64,000 bases of DNA from Chrysomallon squamiferum (lineage: Eukaryota > Animalia > Mollusca), in contig CM022666.1 in the NCBI GenBank assembly GCA_012295275.1, positions 2,604,001 to 2,668,000 on the forward strand, in the 5' to 3' direction. A program made the translations under genes and the position numbers. Each line of letters begins with the position of its first letter. Position 1 is the stretch's first letter. The notes beneath the pieces are model-generated. The model was not told the origin of the DNA, searched no databases, and saw nothing but the letters and a program-made list of their open reading frames with translations. This document shows positions 26,501 through 40,538 of this stretch, piece after piece.

Positions 26501-29500
26501 CATCTCTGAAAATCTCTGGGTGATGCTGCTACAAAATAAGATGAACATGTAAAGATTTCTGGGCAAAAAATGTGCTAACCCTCATCGCAGCCATTTCGAA
26601 CAAATAAGGATTTTGTGATACATTACTGAGTTACAATAAATACTTGACAATTAATTCATTTAATTTCATTCAGAAGCAAAAAATGAATTCTTTTGTTGAT
26701 TTCTGGCTAGATGTGTGTTGTTCTTTTCTAAATGTCAACAACAACAAACAAAAAAAAGAAGAGAAAAGAAAAGAAGCCAATTTTTAAATTAACTTGTACA
26801 GCCTTCTATTAAATATTTTCCGGCAGTGAATGTAGTCTGTTTCTGAACTCAAAAATTCAAAGGAAAAATTCAGTAGGTTTGGCAGTTTAGAAATAGGGCC
26901 AGTTTAAGCTGAGAGGTTGTGGTAGGATAAGTTCATGACGCCAAAATTTGATTATGTTTACCCCAAAACTAAAATTCCTATGCATACTGTTTAAATACAG
27001 ACTTCATTGCTTACAACCACACTGACCTTGTGACAACATTTGAAGGTTACCACTGAAAAGATATATTTTTAAAATATATAGTAGTTATGGTACATAATTT
27101 TTAAAAGGTGTTGAACCAGCTAACAATAAACTGTGATAATTCAGTATCAGTTACAAACAAAAATTACAGGAAAAAAAAAAAATTAATCTGCGTGATTGCA
27201 TTTTCATTGTTGAATAACTAGAGAATACAGAGACACTTTACAAATAATACAAGTAAATGCTGTTTCTGCAAATGTTATTTATAAAATCATTAGATATGGA
27301 AGAGTCGATTGGTATAAAAAAAAAAAAAAAAAAAATCAAAGTCATCCATGGCTATTAGACTGTGGCTGTGACAAGACCTGCTTTATTTCAATGAAGAAAA
27401 TAATAGATTCATCAGCATTATCAGGATAACAGCAGTAGCAGCCTTTCTTCTTCAGGAAGTCGATGTTTTCTATAAAACAAAGTAAAAATACTTTGACATA
27501 TACACAATTATGATTACAGTTTTGTTATCAGGTGAAACAGTCTATTTATAATATAAAATAAGTATGATAGTCTGGCTTTTTCTTTTCTTTTATTTTCTTC
27601 TTTGCTTGCTTGTTTTTTTTAAAGAAGTACAACACATTTGTCACTTGTTAAGATTTAGGTTTCAGAAACTTAAAAAAGCCAGTATGTGCACTTACAAAAG
27701 CCACAAAGCCTTTGTCAAGACTCATGTTTCCATTTGCAAGAAGGACAGTCATCATCACAAAAAATCAGCAATTTTGAGAGGTAGCCAGTGGAAAAAAAGT
27801 TACAAAAATACCCATCAGAATCTCACAATAACCACTTTTACAACAATGAAATACTGAAGAAAGAAAAAAGAAGATAATAAGCAAAAGTTTGTCTCAGGTC
27901 ATTCTTAGCAACAAAGACGACTAAAGTTAGATTTAGGAATACACTTCCAGTCACCAGTCTCTGTGACAGTCAGGCCAAACTGGCTGTCAGCTTGTGAATC
28001 ACATGGGTAACTGTTACTTGTAATGAATAAAATTTTCTTTGAGAGCCCACAGAAGTTGAGGTTGTTTGTGCTTCCTTTTCCTTGGAGACAGGGAAGGCAG
28101 AAGTGGTTTTTTTCTCTGTCCATGTCTTTTTCTCTGTTCTCTAATTCAGTGCAATATTGTTGTGCCTGGCAAGCTTTGGTGTTTGTTTTTTCTTCCATCT
28201 CCGTTTCTATTGATAATATTTAAGGTAATGAAATGGAACGATCTTCTTTGATGATTCTGCATTAAACTGTATGGCAAGTTTTGTCCAGGCTGTTGTAGAG
28301 GTCCTGGGCAACATGATGCAGCAACATGTTTTAAACTGCCAATTTCAGCATTGCAAGGCCCTTCCCCGAGGTTTCTAGTCCAGTATCTTTCATGAAAAAT
28401 GGAGGGTTGACAATTTTTGTCCACTCTTTGTACTTTCTAGGCAGCCATCACTTGTTGTATACCTTTGGCTTTATATTGGTAAAAGCAACTGACATTTTCA
28501 CAAATGTCCATGCAGAGAAGCTATTGTTGATGTTGCCATTGGACACTGCTAATGTGTCCAGCAGAAGTTACCAGGTCCTCCTCGTGTTATATCAAGAATT
28601 GGTCAGATGGAGTTTCTTTGTTGACCAGGACAATGGTATCCTCAACGCAACTGATTCTGGGACATTTGGCACACCAGTTGCCACTCTGTCCAATACATTT
28701 TCTTGCCCACAAGGTCATTGAGGGCTTCTTGTAAACTCTGCCTGGAACCTATGATTCCACATTCTGTGTTCTTTCTTTCAACATATTTCAGAGGCAGATA
28801 GTGACAAGGATGCTTGTCATGAAGTGTCATGTAAACATCATCACATTTACTTCCCATCACCTTGCCCCAGTGATCATTCCATGCAAAAAGATTTTTTATG
28901 GCTGTTATCATTATATCCACATTCACCCAGTGTTTGTAGAGGCAAATTCTCAGTCTGCTGTATTTGTCTTTTTTGAATGCAGTGATACGAACTTGGAGAA
29001 AAATGATCTTCTGTCAGACTTAGTCTGAAACAGCTTGTATGCTTCTTTCATCAAGATTGATCAATGAATCATGTAGGTTTGTGAGTCTTTGCACTCACAG
29101 ATGATGAGGATGGATTTTCTGTTAAGATATCACGTGTTTAAAAAATAATTCTTGGTTGCCTGAGAGGTTTCTTATGGAAAATCATTACTTTAAGTTTTTC
29201 TTAAGGTCATCTTTATTTGCAGCAGTCATTAAAAACTTCCAGATAAATCCTAGTTCCTTCCTCAGATTTCATGGATATGTAGTAGTTAATTTCATAATAC
29301 ATCTCTAGACACTACCTCTCTCTTTTTTATGTTCTGAATTTAAGATTCTGACATATCATTTTGAAGCTGGTCTTGAATACTGATGGAAAATTGCAACTCC
29401 ATTCTAATCTTTGTTCTGTGAAGTCTTTGAGCCTTCGGTGTGATTCCTTTTCTTGGAGACTTGATATTGGTCAGACTGTCAACCACAGCATACATCCCAG

Positions 29501-32500
29501 GTGAATGTGGCATGTTCTGTTTCACTCTCAAGACTGTTTTATGTTGGGTACTTTTGTTGTAGTAATCTGTTGAGACTGAAGAAACAGCTAAGGAGCCTAA
29601 CACATGAGTAGCTGATGTTGAGGAGCAGAATGGTGGCAATGGACAGTGTTCATTTTGGCTTGTAAAGACTCAAAGCTTCCATTGCTGTTAGTTGAGCCTT
29701 CTTTGCAGCTTGTTGCTGTTTCCTTAGGCAATTAATCTATGTCCACTTCTAAGAGGAGAGCTGAGCATAGTACATTTGCTGACCTAGGCAGTTTTTGCTT
29801 CTCTTTTTGTCTCTTGCCTTTTGAGCCTTTTTCTGTTTCAATGTGTTGAGTTAAAGATGCTCAGATTTCCTATATTGAATATACACTGACCCATACTTCT
29901 GCTGTACCTACCCAGGCTTAGTGCTTGTGTACATCTGATATTTTTGATGATGGTGATAAAAAACTTGAAGTCTCAATATTTATCCTGAATTCAAAATTAC
30001 ATCTTTTACATCAAAAATTGCCACCTTAAATATTTTTGAAATGAAAGAGCATATTAAGGAATTGGTGCCTTATTTTAGATGAGGCACTGGAAAAATGGTT
30101 GATATTAATCTCTGGAAGTCAGTGGAACTTTTCAAGAGTTTGATGAATATCTAAATATTTAAGGGAGGAATGGGGACTGTGAAAGAATGACAAAATTTAA
30201 AGGTGAACTGAATCTTATTGAGAATCAGTAATAAAGGAAAAGGGTGAAGAAATTATTAATTTAATTCAGAAAAATGTGTTATCTGTTTTTATTTGTTTAT
30301 TTTACATGCTTGAGGGTTGAGGTGAGATGAACCCTTCTCTAGATAATGTTGAACAAAGTCTATGAATATTCCACCATGCCCTTTAAAAGTTTTCTTTTAG
30401 ATGTTGATACTTTTGCATACAGGTGCTTGTCCTCTGGCATTTCTTTTGTTCCTTGCACTTAGAACACTCAGTATAGTCACCACATTTAATACCTGGGATA
30501 ACTGGAGTTGGAAGTACAAATTCTGGTCTTTTCGAGAGCTTAGTTCCAGGGTTTCTGTTGTTTTTTTGGCAGGTGCCAAGAAATGCAAAATATGTCCCTG
30601 ATTTTTTTCATGTCAAAAGTACCACTTTTTCTAATGGTATAGAAAAAAAAAGTTATATTTGTATAGATTTCTTTGAAGTAATTTTTCAGTTTAAAAATCC
30701 TTTTCATCATTATTATCTGAAAAAGTTTACATTGCCATGTTATAAACTTCTGAAGCAAGACATGAAATCAGTATTATTCTACATATAATTCTTTGTGAAT
30801 TTCAGTAAAAAGAGATCACATCAAAATGGCCAGAAAAATTTAAGACAGTGACTATAAGACAATGTTCATTATGGCCTAAAAATTACGGTGGAAAAAAAAA
30901 AAAAAAAAAAGATATACAAAATAATTCATTTAACAAAGCAATTGAATTCAGCTAGGTAATTGAATCTTAAATGTCACTATTGACAGAAGCTACAACAATA
31001 ACAAGTTACATTGTTATGGGTAATTCCCAGATGGTAATCTTACAAAAATGTCAGTGAGTTCCGATGTTGACTTGAGATATTTGAATCATAATCCTTAGCT
31101 GGAAAGATTGCTGCAGCTATCAACTACATTTTTTTTTAATTATATTTTCTTGTTTTTTTTCATAAAACAGCTAATAAAACATAGATCTATCTCTTAATTG
31201 ATAAAAATCATTCACATGGCAATGGTCAAAAGTATTTTTTATTATTTTTAAAATAATAATAATTATTATTAACTGTTAATTTGGAATATGAAAATAAATG
31301 GTCTAATGTTCAGGTTTAATATAATTATAAGCTGTTTACATCTGTAACATAACATTTTGCAAAATGAAGAAAAATACTGCATATTTGTTGACAGCTGTTG
31401 ATATTGATTTGTGTAGAAAAACTCTGTGATGACTGTGATGTTTTATTAAAAAAATAAAAAATAAGCTTTGATTTTTTTTTAAATTTATTTATTAATTTTT
31501 TTTTTAAAGCTATTATTTTAAAAATTAACTAAGTTAATAAATGTTATAATAATTTTGTTATTTATTTGTTTATTATCATTTTTAAAGGTTAATTTATAAA
31601 AACACCATTTTGTTTTGTTTTTATTAATGCTGTTAATATAAAGAGGGGTGATATTTCTTCAAGTCAGTAAAAAAAACTAAAATAATAATAATACAATAAA
31701 TAAATAAAAATAAATAAATAAATAAAATAAATGAATTAGTCATTTCTCTTTCTTTTTATTAAGAAATAAAAATGTATTTTATATCTAAGTTGCTTTTGCA
31801 ACAACAAAAAACGACCAACTGAAAATGTGTAATTTTTAAATCATGTTTTTACATAGTTACAAAATATAAATTTATTCATTTAAGAAAAACATTTATTTAT
31901 TTGTTTTACTAATTATTTAAAATCAACAACAACAAAATTTAGACAATAACATTTGTGAAATTCATCAAAGAATCAGGGGAAAAAAAAGATGGGATTTCTT
32001 TTATAAAAGCATTCTTCAAAAAGTAAACCAAGTGTATTGTTTTCAGACTTGTGTACCATCTTGAACCAAATCCGTTTTTCATGCCTCAGCATTTAACACG
32101 AATCACTGCAGGACATCGCATTTAACATCGCATTTAATTTCAAAGATTTGGGCCGTGTAAAATAACACACACGGGAGGGACACTCTCCCTAACTGATTTG
32201 CACACACCCAGATGAAAAATTGCTTCAGTTAAATGTTAGATAACTTCCTGACGGCCTGGGCTGCCTTTGTTCTCCCACAGTGTTTACTTCTTGCCTGTGT
32301 GGGTATCCTGTGCTCACCAGCCAGCAAGCAAAAGCTCCCGAAGTCTTGTCTATTGTTACCTTTTGAACTCTCTCAGGTCATTTTGTATGAGGAACGTTAA
32401 CAAGAGGCAGGGGTACTGTGGCGTGACCCAAATAGGGCTCGTTTCGCACCTGTCGCTCATTTCAATGATAATGGGGGGAAAAAGAAGTGGGGCTGGCTTC

Positions 32501-34581
32501 TTCTGCCTTCCCAGTCACCACCTGGATGGCAAGCCACTCTACAGGTTTCTCACACAGAGAGTGTGTGTGTGTGTGTGTGTCTTAATTCTGGATACTGAAC
32601 TGTCGTGTCAATGTAAGCCCATATTTAAATTCATTTTGATTTGTACTGCGATGCGTGGCTTTGTTATACTAAGTTGTGTTTACAATGTTAGCATATTTAT
32701 TTATTTATCTAGTATATATATATATACGTGTGTGTGTGTGTGTGTGGTTCATTGTATAAATTGTTTTTAAATTTTGTTACTAGACCCATATTTTGACTTC
32801 ATTCAGATTTTCAATATTTAACCAAACTGTTGTCAGAATATTGGTTCATATATTTTATATTGTATTATTGTTAAGTTTTTTTTTTTAATGTATTTTTGTT
32901 ATTAGTACCTATGGAATGTAATTCTCAAATCAGTTTGTAATGACATAATTGAAACTAATATAAAACTTTATTTCTATTGGTTTAAATTGTCAGTACTTTC
33001 AGCATGTAACTTAGAGCAGAGTCACATGATCTGTTTTAATAACATAAGCTTATGTAACATATGATTGGTTTTGATTCCCATACTCAGTAGTGCTGGCTTA
33101 CAACATAAAGAGAGGTGAATAGCTTTGAGCTGTTTTGAGAACAAGCTGATGTTGATATAACTTAGATTGCTTTTAGTTTTGTGTTATTACTATCAGAGCT
33201 TCAGTGTGTTTGTGTGTCTGGTAACAGTACAAGAGGTAGGAAGTGTAAGACGTGTGTAAACAACTGGATTAGATAACAGGCATTAAAAAGTCAAAAGAAG
33301 TTTTAATGGGGAATTTACATTAAGAGTTAGTCAAGTGAAAGCTATGCTCATACAGATTCGTGTTTAAGTTATTTTGGTTCCATTGGGAGCATGTATTACA
33401 GTTTCTATTTTGATGTCAACTTTTATTCTGAATTTTAATTGCATCTATCTCTGTTTGCACAGTTTTTTTACATTGTATTTTTAATTTAGCTGTTGAATTT
33501 TCATTAAGTTTTGCTTTTACCATAGATGATGTATTTTTCATGCTGGGATACAATTAAACATTTATTCCTTTAATTAATATGGGTGTGTGATTTAAGGATA
33601 TAATTTTGAGCAGGTTATCTTAGGGATTTTGTTTTGGGGTTAAACATTTTATATATTTCCTTTATTATTATTATGTTTTATAATTTTAATTTTAATTTTT
33701 TTGTTTTTGTTTTTTTTTGGCAGTGAATTAATTCATTATTATAATTTTATGAACAAAACATATATAAAGGTTCCACATGGGTGCATTACATTATCTTTAT
33801 AACTGTTATTTGTACAATATTTGATGATAATGTTATTGTTATTGTTTTTGTTATTATTGTAGGCTGGTATAATCGATGCTAATGGTGATTTGAAAGCATG
33901 TAAAGACCAGCAGACAGGAAAATGTGAGTGTTTATTTATTAATTTGCTCCTGCTCTGTCAGTTATTTTTCATTGTTATATATAAATGTATATTTTAAATT
34001 AACTTTGTTATTATAGATAAATCTACATTTTAAATTGAATAAAGTCTCTTCTTTCACTGTAAAACATTTCCATTTAACAGTAAATATAAAACATTTTATT
34101 AAAATAAAAATTAATTTTTTTTTTTTTTTTAAGGTAAATTTATCTGTATGAATGTGTTTTTTTTTTTTTTTTTTTTCCTTTTAATAATTAATTAAAAACT
34201 ATATTTAAGTTAGTCATATAAATACATTAATCCAGATTAACTATAATTTAGGACTTTTTTGTGTTGGTTATAATTATGAACATAATGTTTCTTTCAGCTA
34301 TTCAGTTTGTGGCTGTGCCAATTACAAATTCTCCACAAAATAAAATGTCACCTCAACTTCTGCCTAAGACTCAAAATTATCAGGTTTGTTTTCCAGCGAA
34401 TCTTTAAAAAAAAAAAAAAAAAAAAAAAATTTAAGATTATATTTCAACTTTCTGAAAGTTTATAGTATGTTAACTGAATTAAATATCCATTTTGAAATTT
34501 GGTCTGGCATAATCCTAGTCAGGTTGTGTTTGATGGTATGTTTTCAAAAATTAGTCAGTTATTAATATTTCTTCCAATCTA

Positions 34582-34653
<72 letters not shown>

Positions 34654-37600
34654 CAGGAAAATTACTAGTTTGTGATATTTTTTCCTTTTAAAAATACTTT
34701 CACTAAGTTTTATATTTTTTTGTTTCTGCCAATGTAGGGTTCACCTCAGTACATTGCCTCAAGTCCTGCTCGTGCAACACTGGGACAGATGGAGGGTTCA
34801 CCCTGGGCAGCTCGCAAACGTCTTCCAGAAATCACGCTGGAAGCCGAATTTAATAATGACAGGTTTGAATCAGCAAGCTTCTTTTTATACAGTAGTCTTC
34901 AGAGTTGTTTTATGTAGTAAAGTTAAATTATAATAATAAAATCTCTTTTTAGCAAGTTGCATTTCTTAAGTTAAACCTTTTCAGAGTTGTTTTATATAAA
35001 AGTTAAATTATAGTAATAAAAACTGTGATAAAATTACGACAGTAATTTTTATTTTTCTTAGCAAGTTGTGTTTCATAGGTTAAATCTTAATGTTTTGAAA
35101 TTTTTAAATTAGTTCTTTAAAATCTTAGTTAAAAATATAAAATATGCCTTTTTTCTTTTTTTTTCACTTTGCTGCTCTGAAAAGACTTTTATAACTTATT
35201 TTATCAAAGATGTCTGTTTTGTCCACAATGATTATCTTGACTCAGTTCAAAAGTGTATTTGTTTTGTCAGAGGTTAAGTTTGTTTTTCTTCTTACACCAC
35301 ATAAATTGCAGTAAACGAAGTAAGAAAGGTGAGAAAGGTGGGAAAGGTTTGAGGCACTTCTCCATGAAGGTGTGTGAGAAGGTGCAGCTGAAAGGTGTCA
35401 CATCCTACAACGAGGTGGCCGATGAGCTCGTCACAGAGTTCAGCGATCCCAGAAACTTGACATCTCCATCTGATGGAATCAAGTTGGTTACAGTTAATTT
35501 TCATAATGATGTAGATACATATGATACATATGTTAATAAATGTGTAAGATTAAAAAAAATCAGATAACAAGTGTTGTGTGTTCCATGGACAACAGTATTT
35601 CGTAGAGATTCAGCAAGAATAAGTGTAGCATATTATTTATTGAATAGATTGTATGAAAAGTAAGAATTTAGAACACCTTATATTTTATTGGGAAAAAGAT
35701 CCTAAAATTTAAAATTAAAATGTAATATTGAGGAGAAATAATAGAATATGCTTAGATGACACTAATTTTGTATTCCATGCATTTCTTTTATTTTCTTTTC
35801 CAAAAATTGTTCCATTAAGATTTTCATTGAAGTTGGAATAGTGATTATGAAACAACTTTTCACTAATAGTGAGGAAACAGACAGACAATTTACTCTGTAA
35901 ACTAGTATTGAAAGAAAAATTAATTTTTTTAAACTACAAATTTTGTTTTATATCTTAATGTATAGCATTCTTGTTTTATTTCAGTACGACCAAAAAAATA
36001 TTCGAAGAAGAGTTTACGATGCGCTGAATGTGCTTATGGCGATGAACATAATTTCAAAAGAAAAGAAAGAAATAAAATGGATAGGACTGCCGACAAATTC
36101 TGCTCAGGAATGTAACAATTTAGAGGTTAGTGTCTTACCTTACACATGTCTGAAGTTTGTTTTAGTCAAATAACATCTGTAGTAGGATGTCAGTATTGCA
36201 ATAGTGTCATGGTGATTGCTGTGCACTTATGATTGTTCACTATTCTCCAAATATTCCTCATGTTTGTTTGTAATTATTTTATATATTTAATTATTTATTT
36301 TATATTATTTTTTGTGTACATGTAGGTGTAGGTTTTCTCTCTTATTATATTATATTATATTATATTATATTATATTATATTATATTATATTATATTATAT
36401 TATATTATATTATATTATTTTGTTTTCTGTGAAACATGAAATTAATTTATATAATACATTTTTTTTCTTCTTTTGTTTCCCATCTAGTGCAATACCCACA
36501 CTTTTCAGTCTGATTTAATTGTTATACCTACTAGTCAAACATTTTCAGTTACAGAAAAAAAGACTGTTCCCTCTAGCGTGACATAACCTAAATTATATTC
36601 TTCACTATGTTGTGTAATACATCTCTATTGAAATTATTAAATGTTTTGATGTTGTTGTTGATAATTAGCTGTGAATGCTAAGCCAGCTTTGCATAGTGCT
36701 GTTCCAGATACAGAACAATGGACTGCTAGTACTAGTGCTTAATACCCTTGACGGTTGAGCTTATTCAGTTACAGTTATTGACAAGAGGTTGTGTTAATTG
36801 ACTACTGACTCACTGCAGCTTTTAACGTTTTATTTAGACTGTATATATAATTACATAAAAGGTTCAAAATATATATATAAAATATTGGGAACCAAGGAAT
36901 TTGAAAAATAAATACTTTTTGCATTCATTTCATGTTTTACTGTATATATTTGTGTGTGTTTTGTTTTGTGTTTTTTTTTTTTATATCATTTTAATGTCCT
37001 TTTGACTTGTGAAATATTTAGTGATTATATTGAAACAAATATTAAAGTAAAATTATAACTATATGTTTGATTGGATGGGATGGTGTTGATGGAATTTCTA
37101 TTAAAATGATGCATGGTTGGTTAAAATTGAAATCAGTTTTCATTTTTTTTTTCTCCTTGAAATTTATACCTAAAAAGAGTAAATGCTTGAAAGTGTGCTT
37201 AGATGAGAATTGTAATAACATAAAAAAAAAATGAATTTTGATCTCAACATAAGTGGCATAAAGCATAATTTTAGTTTTTCTCATTGTTCAGGTAATTGGA
37301 ATTAGGAGTGCTATTTAAACACTAAAATTTGAAAAATGTATATATTTATATATTTTTTTTAATTTTTTTAATTTTAATCTTTCAGGTGGAGAAACAAAGA
37401 CGACTCGAACGAATAAAACATAAAACACAACAGTTGCAAGAATTAATTTTACAAGTAAGCTTCCATCACTGAATATAGCTTTTAAAAATTAACAGAAAAG
37501 GAAGTTATTACATGTTAACATAGATGTCAGTAAAAAATATTTCACATTTTAACACCATTGCTAAATGGATAAAATAGTATTACATTTTTTTATGGAAATT

Positions 37601-40538
37601 TAAAGTAATGATTAAAGATTTTTAAAAACTTATTTAAAAAAAAAAAAGTATTTAAAATTCTTAATTTAAAGGAAGTAATTTGCGATTAGAGGATTTCAGA
37701 CTGTTAGCAGTTTTCAATCAAAGCTCGAAACCTAGCTTTTTAAAATGTACACACAAGTAGTCTAAAGTGATATTACTCCTATGTCATGTTAGCAGCACTG
37801 TTCTGCACATTTAAACTCTGCTATTAACGGAATTTATGCTGTATAAATATCAGTTTTATTAAATGAGCAAATCTTAATTTTTTTTCAGCAAATAGCTTTC
37901 AAAAATCTGGTGAACCGAAACCACGAAGTGGAGAAATTTCACGGACCGCCAGCCTCCAACTCTGCAATACAATTGCCGTTCATCATCGTGAACACAAGTA
38001 AAAAAACTGTCATTGACTGCAGCATTTCAAATGACAAGTAGGAACTGTTGTACTTATCCACCTCCTTATAAAAGTCAGTTGTCTGAAGCAAAATAATATT
38101 TAATGTTTGCTTTGGATAACAGTTTTGAACCATTTCCTAAAACCTATACGTAAATTCAAATATATTTTCTACTTGCATATATCTGTATTTAACAGTGATT
38201 TCCTTAGTGAATATTTTTAATTAAACAATATTGTATCTCTATGACACACTGATACAGTATGTGGGGGTATAAAAACTAAATTAATGAATGTTTAATGTCA
38301 CATCACATTTTGTTTGTACTGGTTATTGTGTGTTAGACAGAGATTTATATACAAGAACTGATGAAGATGGTTTCATTTATTACCTCTACTATCCTTTCGT
38401 ACAAGAAAAAAGAATTGGCATATACATCACATAAAGGAATGTTATTAATATTAACAAAGATATAAGTGAGAAAAAGAAGAGTAGTAGTAAATAAAGAGTT
38501 AATAAAAAGGTTACAAATGTGGAAGGAACACGCTTTTTGGGGTGAAATGTAAGCTAGTTTTAACACACATTGAAGTTTTCTGCAACTAATTTAATTCACA
38601 CAGCAATTTAAAAATTTGGGAATTTATATTACTTTAATAGTGGAGTATGTTGTTAAAAGTGTGTTGTGTTTTTCTTTCAGATACGAATATTTATTTAAAT
38701 TTGACAACACTTTTGAAATACATGACGATATTGAAGTGTTGAAGCGCATGGGAATGGCCTTTGGTCTTGAGAAAGGCCAGTGTTCACGGGATGACTTAAT
38801 ACGAGCTGCTAAAATGGTTCCTAAAGCCCTCGAACCATACGTCCTAGGTATGCGCACACACCTCCATGTTTGAGTGTGAATATTTTAAGAAAACAGCATT
38901 TTTTGAGAGAACGATTTTGTAACGATTTGAAAGTTAAGAAAATTAAAAAAAAAAAATTATAAGAATATTTTGAAGGGAATACTTTTTTAAGGAGAATATT
39001 TCATTTCATTGATTAATATTTTTATAATATCAGTTTAAGTTGTAGCTGCTATTTAAAAAATTATTAATACAACACTTTAAGCTTTTTGTTGTCAATTCAA
39101 CAAATATCTAGTAAAATAAGACAAAATTAAGTGTTAGAGAATACATTTAGAATAATTTTTTACTCTAGTTAAGTGGAAATAGAAAAGATTTTTTAAAGTT
39201 AAGAAAATAATGGGTTTTGTTGTTTGACTTAGATATGGCACAAAACTCGAAACCAGCTGTCTCAAGTGGGATTCGACCCATTGACCCATCAACAGTTAGT
39301 GTTCAGCAAGCAAGGTATTAGAATAGTTTAAAATTTCAGCCTTAATTTATTTTATATCCATGGAATAACCATGGACTTTAATAAGATTTTAAAATTTAAA
39401 TTAAGTATACTTTTTATTTATTTATTTATTTATTTATCATTTTTATTATTCTTTTGTTAATTACAGAACACCAGTCTGTATTATCATTTTAAGGACATAC
39501 TATAAAATTATAAATCTTCAGTTACAGTTAAAATTAGGATTAAAAGGAAATGTATGGTGGGGTTTTTGAAATAAATATATTATGTTCATTGAAATAATAG
39601 GCAGGTTTTGTAACTGCTGCCTGTTTCCAAATGGTTACAAGTTGTAATTGGGAATATTTGTTTTGTCAGTGTTTTTGAGATCTGTAGATAATTTGCTTTT
39701 GGTAATTTATGGATCACTTTTTTGATAACATTTAAAGAACCCCTCAAAAAAAAAAAAAAATTGTTATGGAACAGCTATCAAATGAATCAGACATTCAACA
39801 GCTACATCGGAGGAGTAAAATTAATTTTATACTTTTTTTTTACTAAAATTTCTGTTATTTGACGTCAGTTAAGTATAACTTCACAATGTAAATCAGAGGT
39901 TTTCAGACTGTGGAATGTGTATCCATAGAGGTGTGCAAATAGTCACCAGGGCAAAATTCATTAATGGTGGATGCTAAAAGTAAAAATTTATACAGAAGCC
40001 ACTTGAAGAATGATAATGACACTAAGCTGAACCTCAAAAACCTATTTTTTCGCAAAAAAAAAGTAAAAAGGATGAACTTGTATTTTATCCAGTTAAAGCA
40101 GTGTACATTTCACTGACATATAAATTGATCGTGGTGAAGCTGCTTTATTTGGAAGGGGTATGCATCCAGCAGACATTTTCTTCCAAAGGTTAGAAAAAAA
40201 AATAATTAGAAAACACTTTTTTATATATGAAAATTTGTTTAAAAAAAAAAAAAAAAATTTTTACTTGTATTTTTGCTTACTTTACATGTGTTTTATTATT
40301 ATTATTTATTATTATTTATTTTTTTTTTCCAAAAATGTTCAGATACCATCAAACAACAGCAGAACAAGCTTACCTCAGTTTAACTGACACTGACCACGAA
40401 GTGGCCGCTGTGACGGGACTCTCCAGGCAGTCCAGCCTTGGTTCTTCAGGTCATCATTCAAATACTGCCACAGAAACACCATCCGAGAACTTTTCAGACG
40501 ATGATTCCGACTCGGAACAGTCTGTTGACATGAGCTAA
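23515..40538 (+). CDS. TFDP1: Transcription factor DP (E2F dimerization partner), ~471 aa, 12 coding exons
   Basis: Exons 23515-23563, 25811-25926, 33863-33923 ([11 protein letters not shown]), 34298-34383 (QLLPKT), 34738-34862, 35312-~35486 ([26 protein letters not shown]), 35985-36125 ([36 protein letters not shown]), 37386-37454, 37889-38037 ([30 protein letters not shown]), 38681-38847 ([23 protein letters not shown]), 39233-39314, 40343-40538 (acidic tail). Phases are consistent and total 1416 nt. The exon 6 donor and the first two exons are less certain. Confidence 0.95.
26040..29900 (-). mobile_element. Degenerate DDE DNA transposon, Sola2-like transposase remnant, inside DP intron 2
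   Basis: Minus-strand motifs in the expected order: [13 protein letters not shown] (~29050-28985), [14 protein letters not shown] (~28517-28476; cf. DFxENY..Q), [15 protein letters not shown] (~28370-28325; cf. HGKGxxDGxGGxxK), LPGTTILH (~28172-28149). Many stops and frameshifts; element ends not defined. Superfamily assigned from recalled motifs. Confidence 0.6.
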
